Positions 9,042-18,686 of a stretch of DNA of 64,000 nucleotides are shown piece by piece (position 1 is the first letter of the stretch; the number at the start of each line of letters is the position of its first letter). Location: contig CBDFJF010000002.1 in the NCBI GenBank assembly GCA_965248265.1, positions 64,001 through 128,000 of the forward strand, given 5' to 3'. Both the position numbers and the translations under genes were made by a program. Source of the DNA: Candidatus Latescibacterota bacterium (lineage in GTDB: Bacteria > Latescibacterota > UBA2968 > UBA8231). The notes under the pieces are model-generated. The model had not been told where the DNA came from, did no database searches, and saw only the letters and a program-made list of their open reading frames with translations.

Positions 9042-11519
9042 GTGTCGCTGCCTGCGATTGATGCATGCCGCCGGGCGCTGCTGACAGCCGCCGTCGTCGT
9101 CATCAGCGCCACGTCGGGATGCGCGACCTCCGAGCCGGAGCTCATAGCGGAGGAAGTCGACGAGGACGGCGCTTCGGAGTCGATCCCGGTGACGCACGCA
9201 GGCCCTGCCAACCGCCTGCAGCACGAAACCAGCCCATACCTGCTCCTGCACGCTCACAACCCCGTCGACTGGTACCCCTGGGGAGCCGAGGCCTTCGAGC
9301 GTGCCCGTCGTGAGGACAAGCCGATCTTCCTGTCGGTGGGATACTCGACCTGCTACTGGTGTCACGTGATGGAGCGAAGGGTGTTCGCCGACCCCGAGAT
9401 CGCTGCTGTCATGAACCGCTGGTACATCAACATCAAGGTGGATCGTGAAGAGCGGCCCGACATCGATCAGATCTACATGACGGCGACCCATCTGATGAAT
9501 CGACATGGCGGCTGGCCCATGTCCGTATTCCTAACTCCCGACCTGCTGCCGTTTTTCGCCGGTACCTATTTCCCGCCCCAGGATGCGCACGGACGTCCGG
9601 GTTTCGTGCGGGTGTTGAACTCGCTGAACGAATACTGGACCCAGAGGCGTGCGGAGGTCGACGAAGTGGCCCAGCAGGTCACCGCTCAAATCCGTCAGAT
9701 CCACTCAGAGGATGCTGCGTTGGCCGCCGTCGATCCCGACTCCACCATGATCAAGCGCGCGGTTGACACGATCAAGCAACAGTATGACTCGGCCAACGGT
9801 GGGTTCGGCGGAGCGCCGAAGTTTCCGCCGACGATGCGTCTCGAGCTGCTGCTGGACGCCTGGGAATCGTGGAATGACGAGCAGGCATTACACATCGTCA
9901 CGCACACCCTCGACGCCATGGCCGCCGGCGGTATCCACGACCAGATCGGCGGCGGTTTTCATCGCTATTCAACAGACGCTCAGTGGCTGGTTCCGCACTT
10001 CGAGAAAATGCTCTACAACCAGGCTCAGCAGGCGCGTACCTATCTGCGCGCCTATGAACTGGTCGGCACGTTGCGCTGGCGACGGGTTGCCGAGGACGTC
10101 CTGCAGTACGTGGCCCGGGAAATGACTGCTCCTGAAGGCGGCTTTTACTCCGCGCTCGATGCGGAGACCGATGCGGTCGAGGGTAAGTATTACGTGTGGA
10201 CGGAGTCGGAGATCCGGCAACAGCTGGGTCAGCAGGCCGGTCGCTTTTTTGAATTGTTTCGGTTGGCACCCGTTCCGGAGGTCGAGGGGGCGGGCGTCAT
10301 CCACATCGCCGGCAGCTACGCCCAGGCGGCCGCCACCCTCGATCTTGATGACAACTTCGAAGAGGCGCGCCGGGTGCTCTACCGCAGCCGCTCCGAACGC
10401 CGTTACCCACTGCTGGACGACAAGATCATCACCGCATGGAACGGCATGATGATCGCCACCTGCGCCGAGGCCTTTCGCATTCTCGGGCACGAGCCTTACC
10501 GCCAGGCTGCCGAACGCGCGGCGAGTTTCGCGGCAGAACACCTGGTCACAGACCAGGGAGCGCTCAAACGCGTCTATCGGGCGGGCGCCGCCAAACACGA
10601 CGGCTATCTCGAGGACTACGCGCACTTTGCCGACGGCCTTCTGGTTCTGTACGCGGCCACCGGCACGCGGCGATGGCTGGATCTGGCCACCGTCGTCGTC
10701 GATCAAATGGTCACCCGTTTCTGGGACCCTGAAGTGGGAGGGTTCTATTATTCACAAGAAGGTGGGGATGATCTGATTGTCCGTGTCAAGAAGGCGACCG
10801 ATTCTGCTCTGCCCTCGGCCAACGCCGTAGCCACGCGCTGTCTCATCACTATGGCAAGGGCGAGTCATTCGGGCCGTGAGGATTTACGCTCAAAGGCTTT
10901 CCAGACTCTGCGTGCGTTCGGCGGAGTCATGGCTCGGCAACCGTCTGCCTACACCTCCATGATCGGTGCAGCATGGGACCTTCTGGATCCCTCACAGGCT
11001 CGCGCGCTCGCTCCGGCGAGACAATCCAGGGCAGAGCTCCCGTCCCCGGGGATGGCTCAGACAGTGGCTCCCCCGGACTCCATCGTCCGGGCTGCCGCGG
11101 TACTGAGCATGGATCAGGTCGCTCCTGGCGAAACCTTCCAGGCCTCCGTCGATGTCCGTATAAGTGAGGGGTGGCATATCAACGCCAATCCCGCGTCCGA
11201 ACATTGGCTGATTCCGACGTCGCTAACGGTGAACAGCCTCGACCTGCCACTGGAAGTGCAAGATGTGCGGTACCCGGAACCCAGGCGTCTGCATGTTGCC
11301 GGCACGGAGGACTCGTTGGACGTGTACGACGGCACGGTCCGCCTCGTCAGTACCATGCAGCTCTCGTCAAAGGCACCAGTCGGTCAGGACGGTATCGTAC
11401 GGTTGATAATCCAGTACCAGGCGTGCGACGATGGAGGGATTTGCCTGCAGCCGGCAGAATGGGTGGGCGTGGTTTCAGTCAGGGTCACGGCCAGCGCTTC
11501 GGCGGCGGCCGCTAACTAA
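9042..11519 (+). CDS. YyaL/SSP411 (DUF255) thioredoxin-domain protein fused to a C-terminal DsbD-N-like domain; probable lipoprotein
   Basis: [35 protein letters not shown] and VPHFEKMLY; C-terminal GWHINANP and [13 protein letters not shown]; N-terminal hydrophobic stretch ending TSGC. Confidence 0.88.
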   Translation: MSLPAIDACRRALLTAAVVVISATSGCATSEPELIAEEVDEDGASESIPVTHAGPANRLQHETSPYLLLHAHNPVDWYPWGAEAFERARREDKPIFLSVGYSTCYWCHVMERRVFADPEIAAVMNRWYINIKVDREERPDIDQIYMTATHLMNRHGGWPMSVFLTPDLLPFFAGTYFPPQDAHGRPGFVRVLNSLNEYWTQRRAEVDEVAQQVTAQIRQIHSEDAALAAVDPDSTMIKRAVDTIKQQYDSANGGFGGAPKFPPTMRLELLLDAWESWNDEQALHIVTHTLDAMAAGGIHDQIGGGFHRYSTDAQWLVPHFEKMLYNQAQQARTYLRAYELVGTLRWRRVAEDVLQYVAREMTAPEGGFYSALDAETDAVEGKYYVWTESEIRQQLGQQAGRFFELFRLAPVPEVEGAGVIHIAGSYAQAAATLDLDDNFEEARRVLYRSRSERRYPLLDDKIITAWNGMMIATCAEAFRILGHEPYRQAAERAASFAAEHLVTDQGALKRVYRAGAAKHDGYLEDYAHFADGLLVLYAATGTRRWLDLATVVVDQMVTRFWDPEVGGFYYSQEGGDDLIVRVKKATDSALPSANAVATRCLITMARASHSGREDLRSKAFQTLRAFGGVMARQPSAYTSMIGAAWDLLDPSQARALAPARQSRAELPSPGMAQTVAPPDSIVRAAAVLSMDQVAPGETFQASVDVRISEGWHINANPASEHWLIPTSLTVNSLDLPLEVQDVRYPEPRRLHVAGTEDSLDVYDGTVRLVSTMQLSSKAPVGQDGIVRLIIQYQACDDGGICLQPAEWVGVVSVRVTASASAAAAN

Positions 11520-12603
11520 GCTGACCGCCACAGGAACTGCCGGCGCCCGCCGTGCAACCAAAGCAGTGGTCGGCGACGGCGATCGATCCCTGGCAGAATT
11601 CCTCGAGTGATTCGATTTCCCAGATGGTCCTGTGCGCTCCGGGCACCGGTATCTCCAGCATCTGATTGAAGTCGCAATCGAATAGCTCGCCTTCCCATCC
11701 GATGGAGATCAAATCGCGACACATGACATCTTCGGTGGTGTCGGGGTTGAAGCTGTCGACGAGCAAGTGCATGTATTCGTCCAACTGAGCTGCGTGCTTC
11801 AAATCGTACAAAAAACGTTTGATCGGCATGTTGGTGATGGTGTACAGGCCGTTGAAGACGATGCCGAAGTCTTCGCCCAGACGCTCTTTGTAATCCGCTT
11901 CAAGCTCAGATTGGGAAGGCGGCAGAGAGGGGCCGACGGGGTTGTATACCAGGTCCAGGGACAACCCTGATCCCGGTTGGCCATATCCGAAATCGTTGAG
12001 AATTTGCAGCGCCTTGATGCTCTTCGCGAACACGCCCCGACCGCGCTGCTTCTCCACGTTCTCCCGTGAATAACACGGCATCGAAGCGACGATATCGACC
12101 TGGTTGTCGCGCAGGAACCGAGCCGTGTCCTCCTGTCCCCGCTCGAACAACACGGTGAGGTTGCAGCGGTCGATGACGCGTAGTCCCCGAGTGCGAGCGG
12201 CCTCGACCAGGAACCTGAAGTTGGGATTGAGTTCGGGAGCGCCGCCGGTGATATCCAGGAGCGACAGGTCCTCGCTCCCTGACAATTCCATTAACTCGAC
12301 GACGCGAGCTGCTGTTGCTCGCGTCATCTGCTCCGGCCGCCGGGGGCCAGCTTCCACGTGACAATGACGGCAGGTCTGGTTGCACAACTTGCCGACATTG
12401 ACTTGCAGCGTGGTCAAGCGACGGCGCAACAGAGGTGCCGCGCGTTCGGCGACCGTGCGTTCGAACGAAGGCCAGCTGCCCACCAATTCGTCGCGTAGCA
12501 CGGCGCGAGCAGTGCGCGAATCGTCACCAGCTCCAGGGCCGGTTTCGGGGCAGACCTCGGCACTCTTTTGAAGCGGTCTTATCTGGTGCAAAGCGGTCGT
12601 CAT
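11512..12603 (-). CDS. arsS: ArsS-type radical SAM protein (arsenosugar biosynthesis family, DUF3641 C-terminus)
   Basis: [18 protein letters not shown] (CxxxCxxC), [22 protein letters not shown] and [15 protein letters not shown]. Confidence 0.88.
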   Translation of the reverse strand: MTTALHQIRPLQKSAEVCPETGPGAGDDSRTARAVLRDELVGSWPSFERTVAERAAPLLRRRLTTLQVNVGKLCNQTCRHCHVEAGPRRPEQMTRATAARVVELMELSGSEDLSLLDITGGAPELNPNFRFLVEAARTRGLRVIDRCNLTVLFERGQEDTARFLRDNQVDIVASMPCYSRENVEKQRGRGVFAKSIKALQILNDFGYGQPGSGLSLDLVYNPVGPSLPPSQSELEADYKERLGEDFGIVFNGLYTITNMPIKRFLYDLKHAAQLDEYMHLLVDSFNPDTTEDVMCRDLISIGWEGELFDCDFNQMLEIPVPGAHRTIWEIESLEEFCQGSIAVADHCFGCTAGAGSSCGGQLS

Positions 12604-12741
12604 AGGTCACAAAGTATGCCGATCGGTGCCGGCATTTGCAAATCGTTTTCTGCGGATCGCCGGTCAGGGATAGCGCAGCTCCAGTGAGTCTTCATCGACT
12701 CCAACTCCGGCACTTGCGGTTCGCGTAGATCCTGCAGTTCA

Positions 12742-13482
12742 TCAATGGCCCAGTCTGTTCCACGGGTTGGCATCGGGATACTCCATAAACTTGGTGTCAG
12801 GGTGGAGCTCGTGCCATTCGCGCCACGACGCTCTCGTCGACGGCAGCGCCGGCAGGAACCGATCCTGCAACGGGCCGGCGATTCCCGTGAGCCCGTCGGT
12901 ATCAGGCAACGGGTACCACAGAGTACCGGTCTCCTTGTCGTACAGCACGAACGTGCGGTTATAGGTCCATCCACTGGCGGCAAGGGTGAGGTGCTGACCG
13001 TCTAATTCGCGGCTGTACACGGCAGCCAGATCGACCAGGGGTCAGTAGGCGACCGCGGCCTCCGTCGCCCCGACGCTTTCATTGACGACTTCGTGACGCA
13101 CCAGCTGGTCCACTGGATAACTGCGAGCCTCCCCCTCGATGACGGCACCGATAACGTCTGGGCCGCGATTCCACCCCGATCCGTATGCGGGGTAGCCTCG
13201 ATCCCCTTCCGTCAGCATGCCAGGCTGATTCAGCGGCCGTATCGTGTTCTTGCCGATGCCGAACTCGAAGCCGCGCCGGTGCATGTGGTAGCGCTCTATG
13301 GCGTGGGTTATGTCGAAGCGCTCGCCGTAGCGATCGGTGATGTGGACGCGCCGCTGCGGCTCCTCTCCGTGGACATCAGGGCTGTACTGCGTAGTCGGCA
13401 CCGTACATGAGAAGATCACCATGCCGGTCAGCGCGAGTTCGGCCGCGCGGAGACCGGCGTGAACGAGAGCACGAGAATTCAT
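12742..13482 (-). CDS. DUF3179-family lipoprotein, probable selenoprotein (in-frame UGA at 13042-13044)
   Basis: The two track ORFs 13042..13617 and 12742..13020 share a frame and join as ...AAVAY-UGA-PLVDLAAVYSR; the adjacent paralog has TYCPL. The ATG at 13482 overlaps the upstream stop (ATGA). Lipobox-like IFSC. Confidence 0.8.
12994..13038 (-). promoter_or_regulatory. Putative bacterial SECIS hairpin
   Basis: Starts 3 nt after the UGA: CUGGUCG-A-UCU-GGCUG[CCGUGUA]CAGCC-GCGAAUU-AGA-CGGUCAG; the apical loop is about 19 nt from the UGA. Confidence 0.55.
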
Positions 13483-14690
13483 GGGTTTGCGCTCTCCATA
13501 CCCGCTCCGCTGATGGTGGTCGATTTGATGCTTCCCCAGCTGTCGTCCTCGATGGCCGTGGGCGGTTCGATATTTGATCCGTCCCAGATCTGTGTCAGGG
13601 GCCAAAAGCTGGCCCAACCGAACCAGTAGGCGCTGTAGGTGCCAATCTGGACAAGGCGCTGGCCAACCAGTGGGCCCGCTGTCGCCTCACCTTTCACATT
13701 CCAGGTGGACCCGGTTTCAGTGTCCTCGAACAGCGACAGGCCGCTGCTTTCGTCGAGGCCGGAGTAGAAAAAATGCAGCAATTGATCTCCGGACTCGCGC
13801 ACGAAGCCCTGGGCAAGATGTCCTTGTGGTTCGTAGAAAACGACGATGTCATTACCGTCGAAGACCTGGTTGGCGACTCGGCCCTGTTCCAAATCGCTGT
13901 ACATGAAAGCGATCGAGATCCCGTCACCCCGGGCCAGGCCGAAGACCATCTCCTTGGGATGTCGCCTCTGATCGATGGGCGGGGTTTGGGGGAAGAAGAT
14001 CCGTGTGTCCTGGGTGTAGCCGAAGTTGACGAACACGTTGGACAGGTAGTTACGGCCACTGTATCCGGTCGCCTCCGACAACACCCGGGTACCCGGAAAC
14101 AGCTGCTTCCAGACGCCCAGCGTCGTCTGCGCGACCGGCAATGGGGTCAGGTGTTCGCCGGCGCGGTCGCCGAAGATGCTGCCCAGAGCCATCTGTGACC
14201 AGGTACTGAAGGTCTCCCTGTCGTACATGACGACGTTGTTGTTAAAGAGTGCTCCGGTATTTCCAAAGTCGATGTCGGCCGCTTCGAAGAGGGCAGCCGA
14301 GTTTGTCAACGGACAGTAGGTCGCGACCATGCGGTGGCCGGCAATATCATGTTCGACGAGTTCGTGGAAGTTCATGATGCTGAACGGGTAGGCGAAAGCC
14401 TCGCCCTCGATGGCTACGCCGACGACCATTTCATCGTCGCCGTAGCTGGATTCGTCTACAGCTACGAAGAGCGGATCGAACAGCGGTGGGATCCCGTCCA
14501 AGGGCACATCCGGGATGATCTCATCGGCTGGCACCGGGCCGTCCAGGAATGAGATGATGCCCACCAGGAAGCTCGGAAACGGGGAAGCGGATGCAGCCCC
14601 ACCTATTATCATGGCCGCGACCGAGAGCAGGGCGGCTACGCGTACACGAGCGCGACGCTTACCAACGAGATTTTCGTTCGATTCCTGCAC
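13479..14690 (-). CDS. DUF3179-family secreted protein (Cys form) with a SWGSIK tail
   Basis: DGIPPLFDP, AYP..IMNFHELV, TYCPLTNS, FGNTGAL, YDRET.STWSQ, DTETGSTWN..G.A..GPL.G and YWFGW; signal peptide present. Confidence 0.88.
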   Translation of the reverse strand: MQESNENLVGKRRARVRVAALLSVAAMIIGGAASASPFPSFLVGIISFLDGPVPADEIIPDVPLDGIPPLFDPLFVAVDESSYGDDEMVVGVAIEGEAFAYPFSIMNFHELVEHDIAGHRMVATYCPLTNSAALFEAADIDFGNTGALFNNNVVMYDRETFSTWSQMALGSIFGDRAGEHLTPLPVAQTTLGVWKQLFPGTRVLSEATGYSGRNYLSNVFVNFGYTQDTRIFFPQTPPIDQRRHPKEMVFGLARGDGISIAFMYSDLEQGRVANQVFDGNDIVVFYEPQGHLAQGFVRESGDQLLHFFYSGLDESSGLSLFEDTETGSTWNVKGEATAGPLVGQRLVQIGTYSAYWFGWASFWPLTQIWDGSNIEPPTAIEDDSWGSIKSTTISGAGMESANP

Positions 14691-14941
14691 TTTTCACATC
14701 CTGGTTCATGCGGCAGAGCGGATTGAACGCTACAACAAAAAAATAGGCAATACCGAGATCAGACTACGTGAACTTTTCACCGCACAAGCACTTCGTACGA
14801 CCTTTGTTCTCCTTCAGACTGCCTCCTGAAGCCTCCATGAGCGCCCTGTTTTTTCGGGCGTTTTTTCTTTATTTTCAATGACTTGGCAAAATAGCACAGA
14901 GATATCACAAACATCACTGAAGCAACCGTATAAGAGACCCT

Positions 14942-16417
14942 ATGGCGCTCAAAGTCACCGCTTCTCTGCTCATCGTCGGTCTGCTGGCCACCCAGGAGGG
15001 CATCCTGGCCCAGGAATCGACAGTCGAACAACTCCAGGAGCTGCAGGAACTGCGCAACGAGGTCGAGAGGCGGCGCGGTGATATGCGCAGGGAGCTCAGG
15101 CTGCTGCAACAGGTACTGGGAGAAGACGAGCGCTCCGGTCAGCTCAACGAATATGAACGCTCGTTGCAGTCGATGACCTCCGACGAGCTGGCTGCGGAGT
15201 TGAGAATACTGCGGGAAGACCTCGAGCGTCTGCGTCAGGACATGGAGCAGCGCAACAAAGTCGGGGAGCAACCCCGGTTCACGGTGACGGGTCAGATTCG
15301 CAATCGAATGGAGTGGTCGGATCTGGATTTCACCAGCGGTGATGGCGATGTGGTTGAACTGCTGCGCTCCCGGTTGCGCGTGACCGCACGACCTCAAAAG
15401 GAGACCACCATCGTGGTCGAGGTACAGGATGCGCGGCAGTGGGGCGAAGAAGCCAATACCCTGGATGGCAGCGCCGGCCAGTTGGATTTCCACCAGGCCT
15501 ACCTGAAGCTCGAGAGCATGTTCGGACAACCGTTCAGTTTCACCGTCGGCCGACAGGAACTGGTCTATGGCAGTGAGCGACTGGTAGGGGCTGTCGGCTG
15601 GAGCAACACGGGACGCGCCTTTGACGCCCTGCGACTGCATTTCGGCGAGGAGTCTCATGGTGAGCTATTCGTCGCCAAATTGGATGAAAAGGGTATCCGC
15701 GGAGAGAGCACTCGAGATCGCAACCTTTGGGGGATCGAGGGACATCTCCAACGTGATCACCATGCCGCGGAACCGTATGCGCTGTTCGAGCATGACAAGA
15801 ACACAGGGGCGAATCGTCTGCGGCGCGCCACGGCGGGTCTGCGCGGCGCCGGCCAGCTCGTGACGGCGGCAGGCCATATTTTCGGTTACGAGCTGGAGGG
15901 AGCCGGTCAGTTGGGCGACGTCGGTGCTGACGAAGTCAAGGCGTTCATGGCAAGCGGACGCCTCAGTTACGAAGGGCCAGGCTGGAACAGACCATATGTA
16001 ACCGCGGGTCTGGATTACCTCTCCGGCGACAGCACGCCGGCCGACGATCAGGTCAAGGTGTTCGACACCCTGTTTGCCACCAACCACGAGTTTTACGGGC
16101 TGATGGACCAGTTCACCGACATTCCCAACGACACCAATGGGCAGGGTCTGTCAGATTTCTACCTCAAGGGCGAGTTGTCGGCGTCCGAGTCTACGCGCCT
16201 GGCTCTCCATATTCACCACTTCACTTTCGCCAAGAGCACGGGTAGCGGGAAGAATCTGGGCCAGGAAGCCGATGTGCTTCTCACCCATACCCTCAATTCC
16301 GCGACGTCTGTCCAGTGGGGCGGTCTCATCTTCGTACCCGGCGACGCGACCAAGGCTTCATCGGGTGGCGAGGATCCGGCATTCAAGATGTACCTGCAGA
16401 CAACAGCCAGGTTCTGA
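14942..16417 (+). CDS. Alginate-export-family outer-membrane beta-barrel with an N-terminal coiled coil
   Basis: Signal peptide, QDAR.WG, HQAY, GRQEL.YG.ERLVG..GWSN.GRAFD, FDTLFATNH.FYG and terminal Phe. Confidence 0.85.
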   Translation: MALKVTASLLIVGLLATQEGILAQESTVEQLQELQELRNEVERRRGDMRRELRLLQQVLGEDERSGQLNEYERSLQSMTSDELAAELRILREDLERLRQDMEQRNKVGEQPRFTVTGQIRNRMEWSDLDFTSGDGDVVELLRSRLRVTARPQKETTIVVEVQDARQWGEEANTLDGSAGQLDFHQAYLKLESMFGQPFSFTVGRQELVYGSERLVGAVGWSNTGRAFDALRLHFGEESHGELFVAKLDEKGIRGESTRDRNLWGIEGHLQRDHHAAEPYALFEHDKNTGANRLRRATAGLRGAGQLVTAAGHIFGYELEGAGQLGDVGADEVKAFMASGRLSYEGPGWNRPYVTAGLDYLSGDSTPADDQVKVFDTLFATNHEFYGLMDQFTDIPNDTNGQGLSDFYLKGELSASESTRLALHIHHFTFAKSTGSGKNLGQEADVLLTHTLNSATSVQWGGLIFVPGDATKASSGGEDPAFKMYLQTTARF

Positions 16418-16424
16418 GGACCCA

Positions 16425-18686
16425 ATGGCACGTCAGAAAGTCAGAGATCGGCGGCCCCGCAAGCGGGTGGATGACGTGGTCACGCTCGACAAGGAGTACG
16501 TCGAGCAAATGAAGGCAGCGGAAAAGGCGGAGAGCAGTGAGGCCGCGCCAAAGGAGTCACCCGCTGCCGAGGACGAGGCGGCAGAGTCCACACAGCAAGA
16601 GGTGTCCCATCCCGATCCCGATGAAGGGTCCCATGTCTTTGGCGAACAGGGCAAAGCCTGGATGGCGGTGGAAATCGCAGAAGATCATCAACAGGCGACG
16701 CTGACGGCATTGAGTTTTGCCGGTCAAAAAATGAAGGGACAAACCGTCGTTGATGCGCTGAAGGAGATTTATCACATCAAGCGCGGCTTCAAGAAAAAGA
16801 CGTTGAAGGAGGCGATAAAGAAGGCCAAGAAGGAAGGGGAGGCCCGCGGGACATTCGTCATCGCCAAGAGCAAGCAGCCGGAGCCGGGAACAGACGGTGA
16901 GGTGGAGCTCCTTTTTCAGAAAAAGACGGATGCCGATGTCGTTCTCCCGTACCAGGCTGTGAAGGACGCTCTGGCCAAGGAGGATCTGGATGCCGTGCTG
17001 GAAAAGGAACTGGTAAGCGTTCTGGTCGCGCCTGGCGAGACGCTGGCTCGGATTACCTCTCCGACTCCCGGCAATCCCGGCAAGGATATCTTCGGCAAAC
17101 TGATCGAACAGCCCGGCAAGGAAGCACAGCTCAATGCCGGCGCCAACGTGATCTCGAAGGACGGAGAATTCGCCGCACAGTCTTACGGGTACGTCTGTCT
17201 GATCAAGGACGAAATCTCCGTGGTTTCACCCATTTGGGTTGCTCCTGAGTTTCAGGAGGCCCATTTCGTCCACTTTCCTCAGGTTCGCAAGGCACCGTTG
17301 CCACAGCGGGACTGGATAGAAAGTGCTGCTCAACAGGCTGGGGTCACCAGTGGTCTCGACGACACGGCGGTGGAGAAGCTTTGCGCTGAAAGGGTATCGG
17401 CGACAGAGAAAGCGGCCATACAGATCGCCAGTGGCAGAGCCCCCGTCGCCGGCGCTGATGCCCACGTCGATTACTCCTTCGATCCAACCAAACGAGCCGG
17501 CAATGTGTTGGAAGACGGGACCATCGATTTTCGTGAGCGCAATGCTGCCGTTGGCGTGGCCGCAGGAGACTTGATCGGCGAACTGGTGGCTGCTACCCCC
17601 GGCGAAAGCGGCGTTAACGTCAAAGGCGAAGAAACGCCGGCAACCCCAGGCGAAGACCGAGCGTTCACGGCAGGCCAGAACGTGCGCACTGAAGCCAAGG
17701 ACGGGGGCACCGCCTTCGTCGCCGAGATCGACGGTGCCGTCAATGTTGCCGGCGACAGTATCGAGGTGCAGCCTGTGTTCGCCGTCAACGGTGACGTCGA
17801 CTACGACTCAGGCAACATCGATCTGCCGACGAACGTCGACATCGGGGGGTCAGTGGTTTCCGGGTTCAGCGTCAAGTCGGGTGGCAGCGTGACGATCGGC
17901 GGTACCATCGAGAACGGGGCCAGCGTACAGGCCAAGGGAGATGTCATCGTTGCCAAGGGCATTTTCGGGGCGGATACAAAGGTGGTGGCGCTAGGCAACG
18001 TGGAGACGAAGTTCATTCAGAACAGCACGGTCATGGCGCACGAGAACGTGACCGCCGGGGCGTACATAATCAACGGCATCGTGCGCGCGGGAGGCGAGGT
18101 CAAGGTTGAGGACGGCGGCGGTAGCAGTGGCGGCAGTATCGTCAGCGGGGAAGTCGTCGCCGGCAAGCGCGTCGAGGCCAAGCGGCTGGGTTCGCACGAT
18201 ACCGACCGCACCGTCGTCGGCATCAGCGGCAGCGCCGAGCAGCTCGAGCGCCTCGCACAACTCACGCGCACGATCACGGCTGCTGAAGCGCAAATACCGC
18301 AGCTGGTCAAGAGCCTAGGACTGTCACGCGCGGACATCGGCGAGATCGAGGCTCAACTGGATCGCGCCACCGAGCGCAGGCGGCACGATCTCGAAGAACC
18401 ATCGCGAAAACTGGCGGAGTTGATTCGCTCCCATGAGCAGTCCCTGGAGGAGCAGGTGCAGCTTGAGGGCCAGATTGCCACCAGCGTTGCTCAGGGCACT
18501 GTCGCGGCGACCGATACGGTCTATGCTGATGTGTACGTCCAATTCGGCTCGGAGACCAGCCGTGTCAGCGATGACATCAAGGCGGTCGAGTTTCACTACA
18601 AGGACGGTGTGCACTGGCGTCCGCTCGACCCCGGTTCGAGTGAGGAAACCGGGTCCAACTCCACCGATGAAGGGCAAGCTATATGA
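16425..18686 (+). CDS. FapA (DUF342) family protein
   Basis: GDVDYDSGNID..GSV..GFSVK beta-helix region and C-terminal coiled coil. ATG at 16425 follows a GAGGA SD; the track start at 16137 lies inside the upstream gene. Confidence 0.85.
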   Translation: MARQKVRDRRPRKRVDDVVTLDKEYVEQMKAAEKAESSEAAPKESPAAEDEAAESTQQEVSHPDPDEGSHVFGEQGKAWMAVEIAEDHQQATLTALSFAGQKMKGQTVVDALKEIYHIKRGFKKKTLKEAIKKAKKEGEARGTFVIAKSKQPEPGTDGEVELLFQKKTDADVVLPYQAVKDALAKEDLDAVLEKELVSVLVAPGETLARITSPTPGNPGKDIFGKLIEQPGKEAQLNAGANVISKDGEFAAQSYGYVCLIKDEISVVSPIWVAPEFQEAHFVHFPQVRKAPLPQRDWIESAAQQAGVTSGLDDTAVEKLCAERVSATEKAAIQIASGRAPVAGADAHVDYSFDPTKRAGNVLEDGTIDFRERNAAVGVAAGDLIGELVAATPGESGVNVKGEETPATPGEDRAFTAGQNVRTEAKDGGTAFVAEIDGAVNVAGDSIEVQPVFAVNGDVDYDSGNIDLPTNVDIGGSVVSGFSVKSGGSVTIGGTIENGASVQAKGDVIVAKGIFGADTKVVALGNVETKFIQNSTVMAHENVTAGAYIINGIVRAGGEVKVEDGGGSSGGSIVSGEVVAGKRVEAKRLGSHDTDRTVVGISGSAEQLERLAQLTRTITAAEAQIPQLVKSLGLSRADIGEIEAQLDRATERRRHDLEEPSRKLAELIRSHEQSLEEQVQLEGQIATSVAQGTVAATDTVYADVYVQFGSETSRVSDDIKAVEFHYKDGVHWRPLDPGSSEETGSNSTDEGQAI

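Noticed and set aside
11512-11560. Selenocysteine in the ArsS C-terminal SSCGG motif
   Set aside because: The codon is TGT (Cys); there is no in-frame UGA.
14842-14870. Hairpin CGCCC/GGGCG followed by a T-run upstream of the porin gene
   Set aside because: Only a 5-bp stem in a divergent promoter region with no known upstream transcript; too weak to call.
16137-16424. 96-aa N-terminal extension of FapA in the ORF track
   Set aside because: It overlaps the porin CDS; the SD-supported ATG is at 16425.
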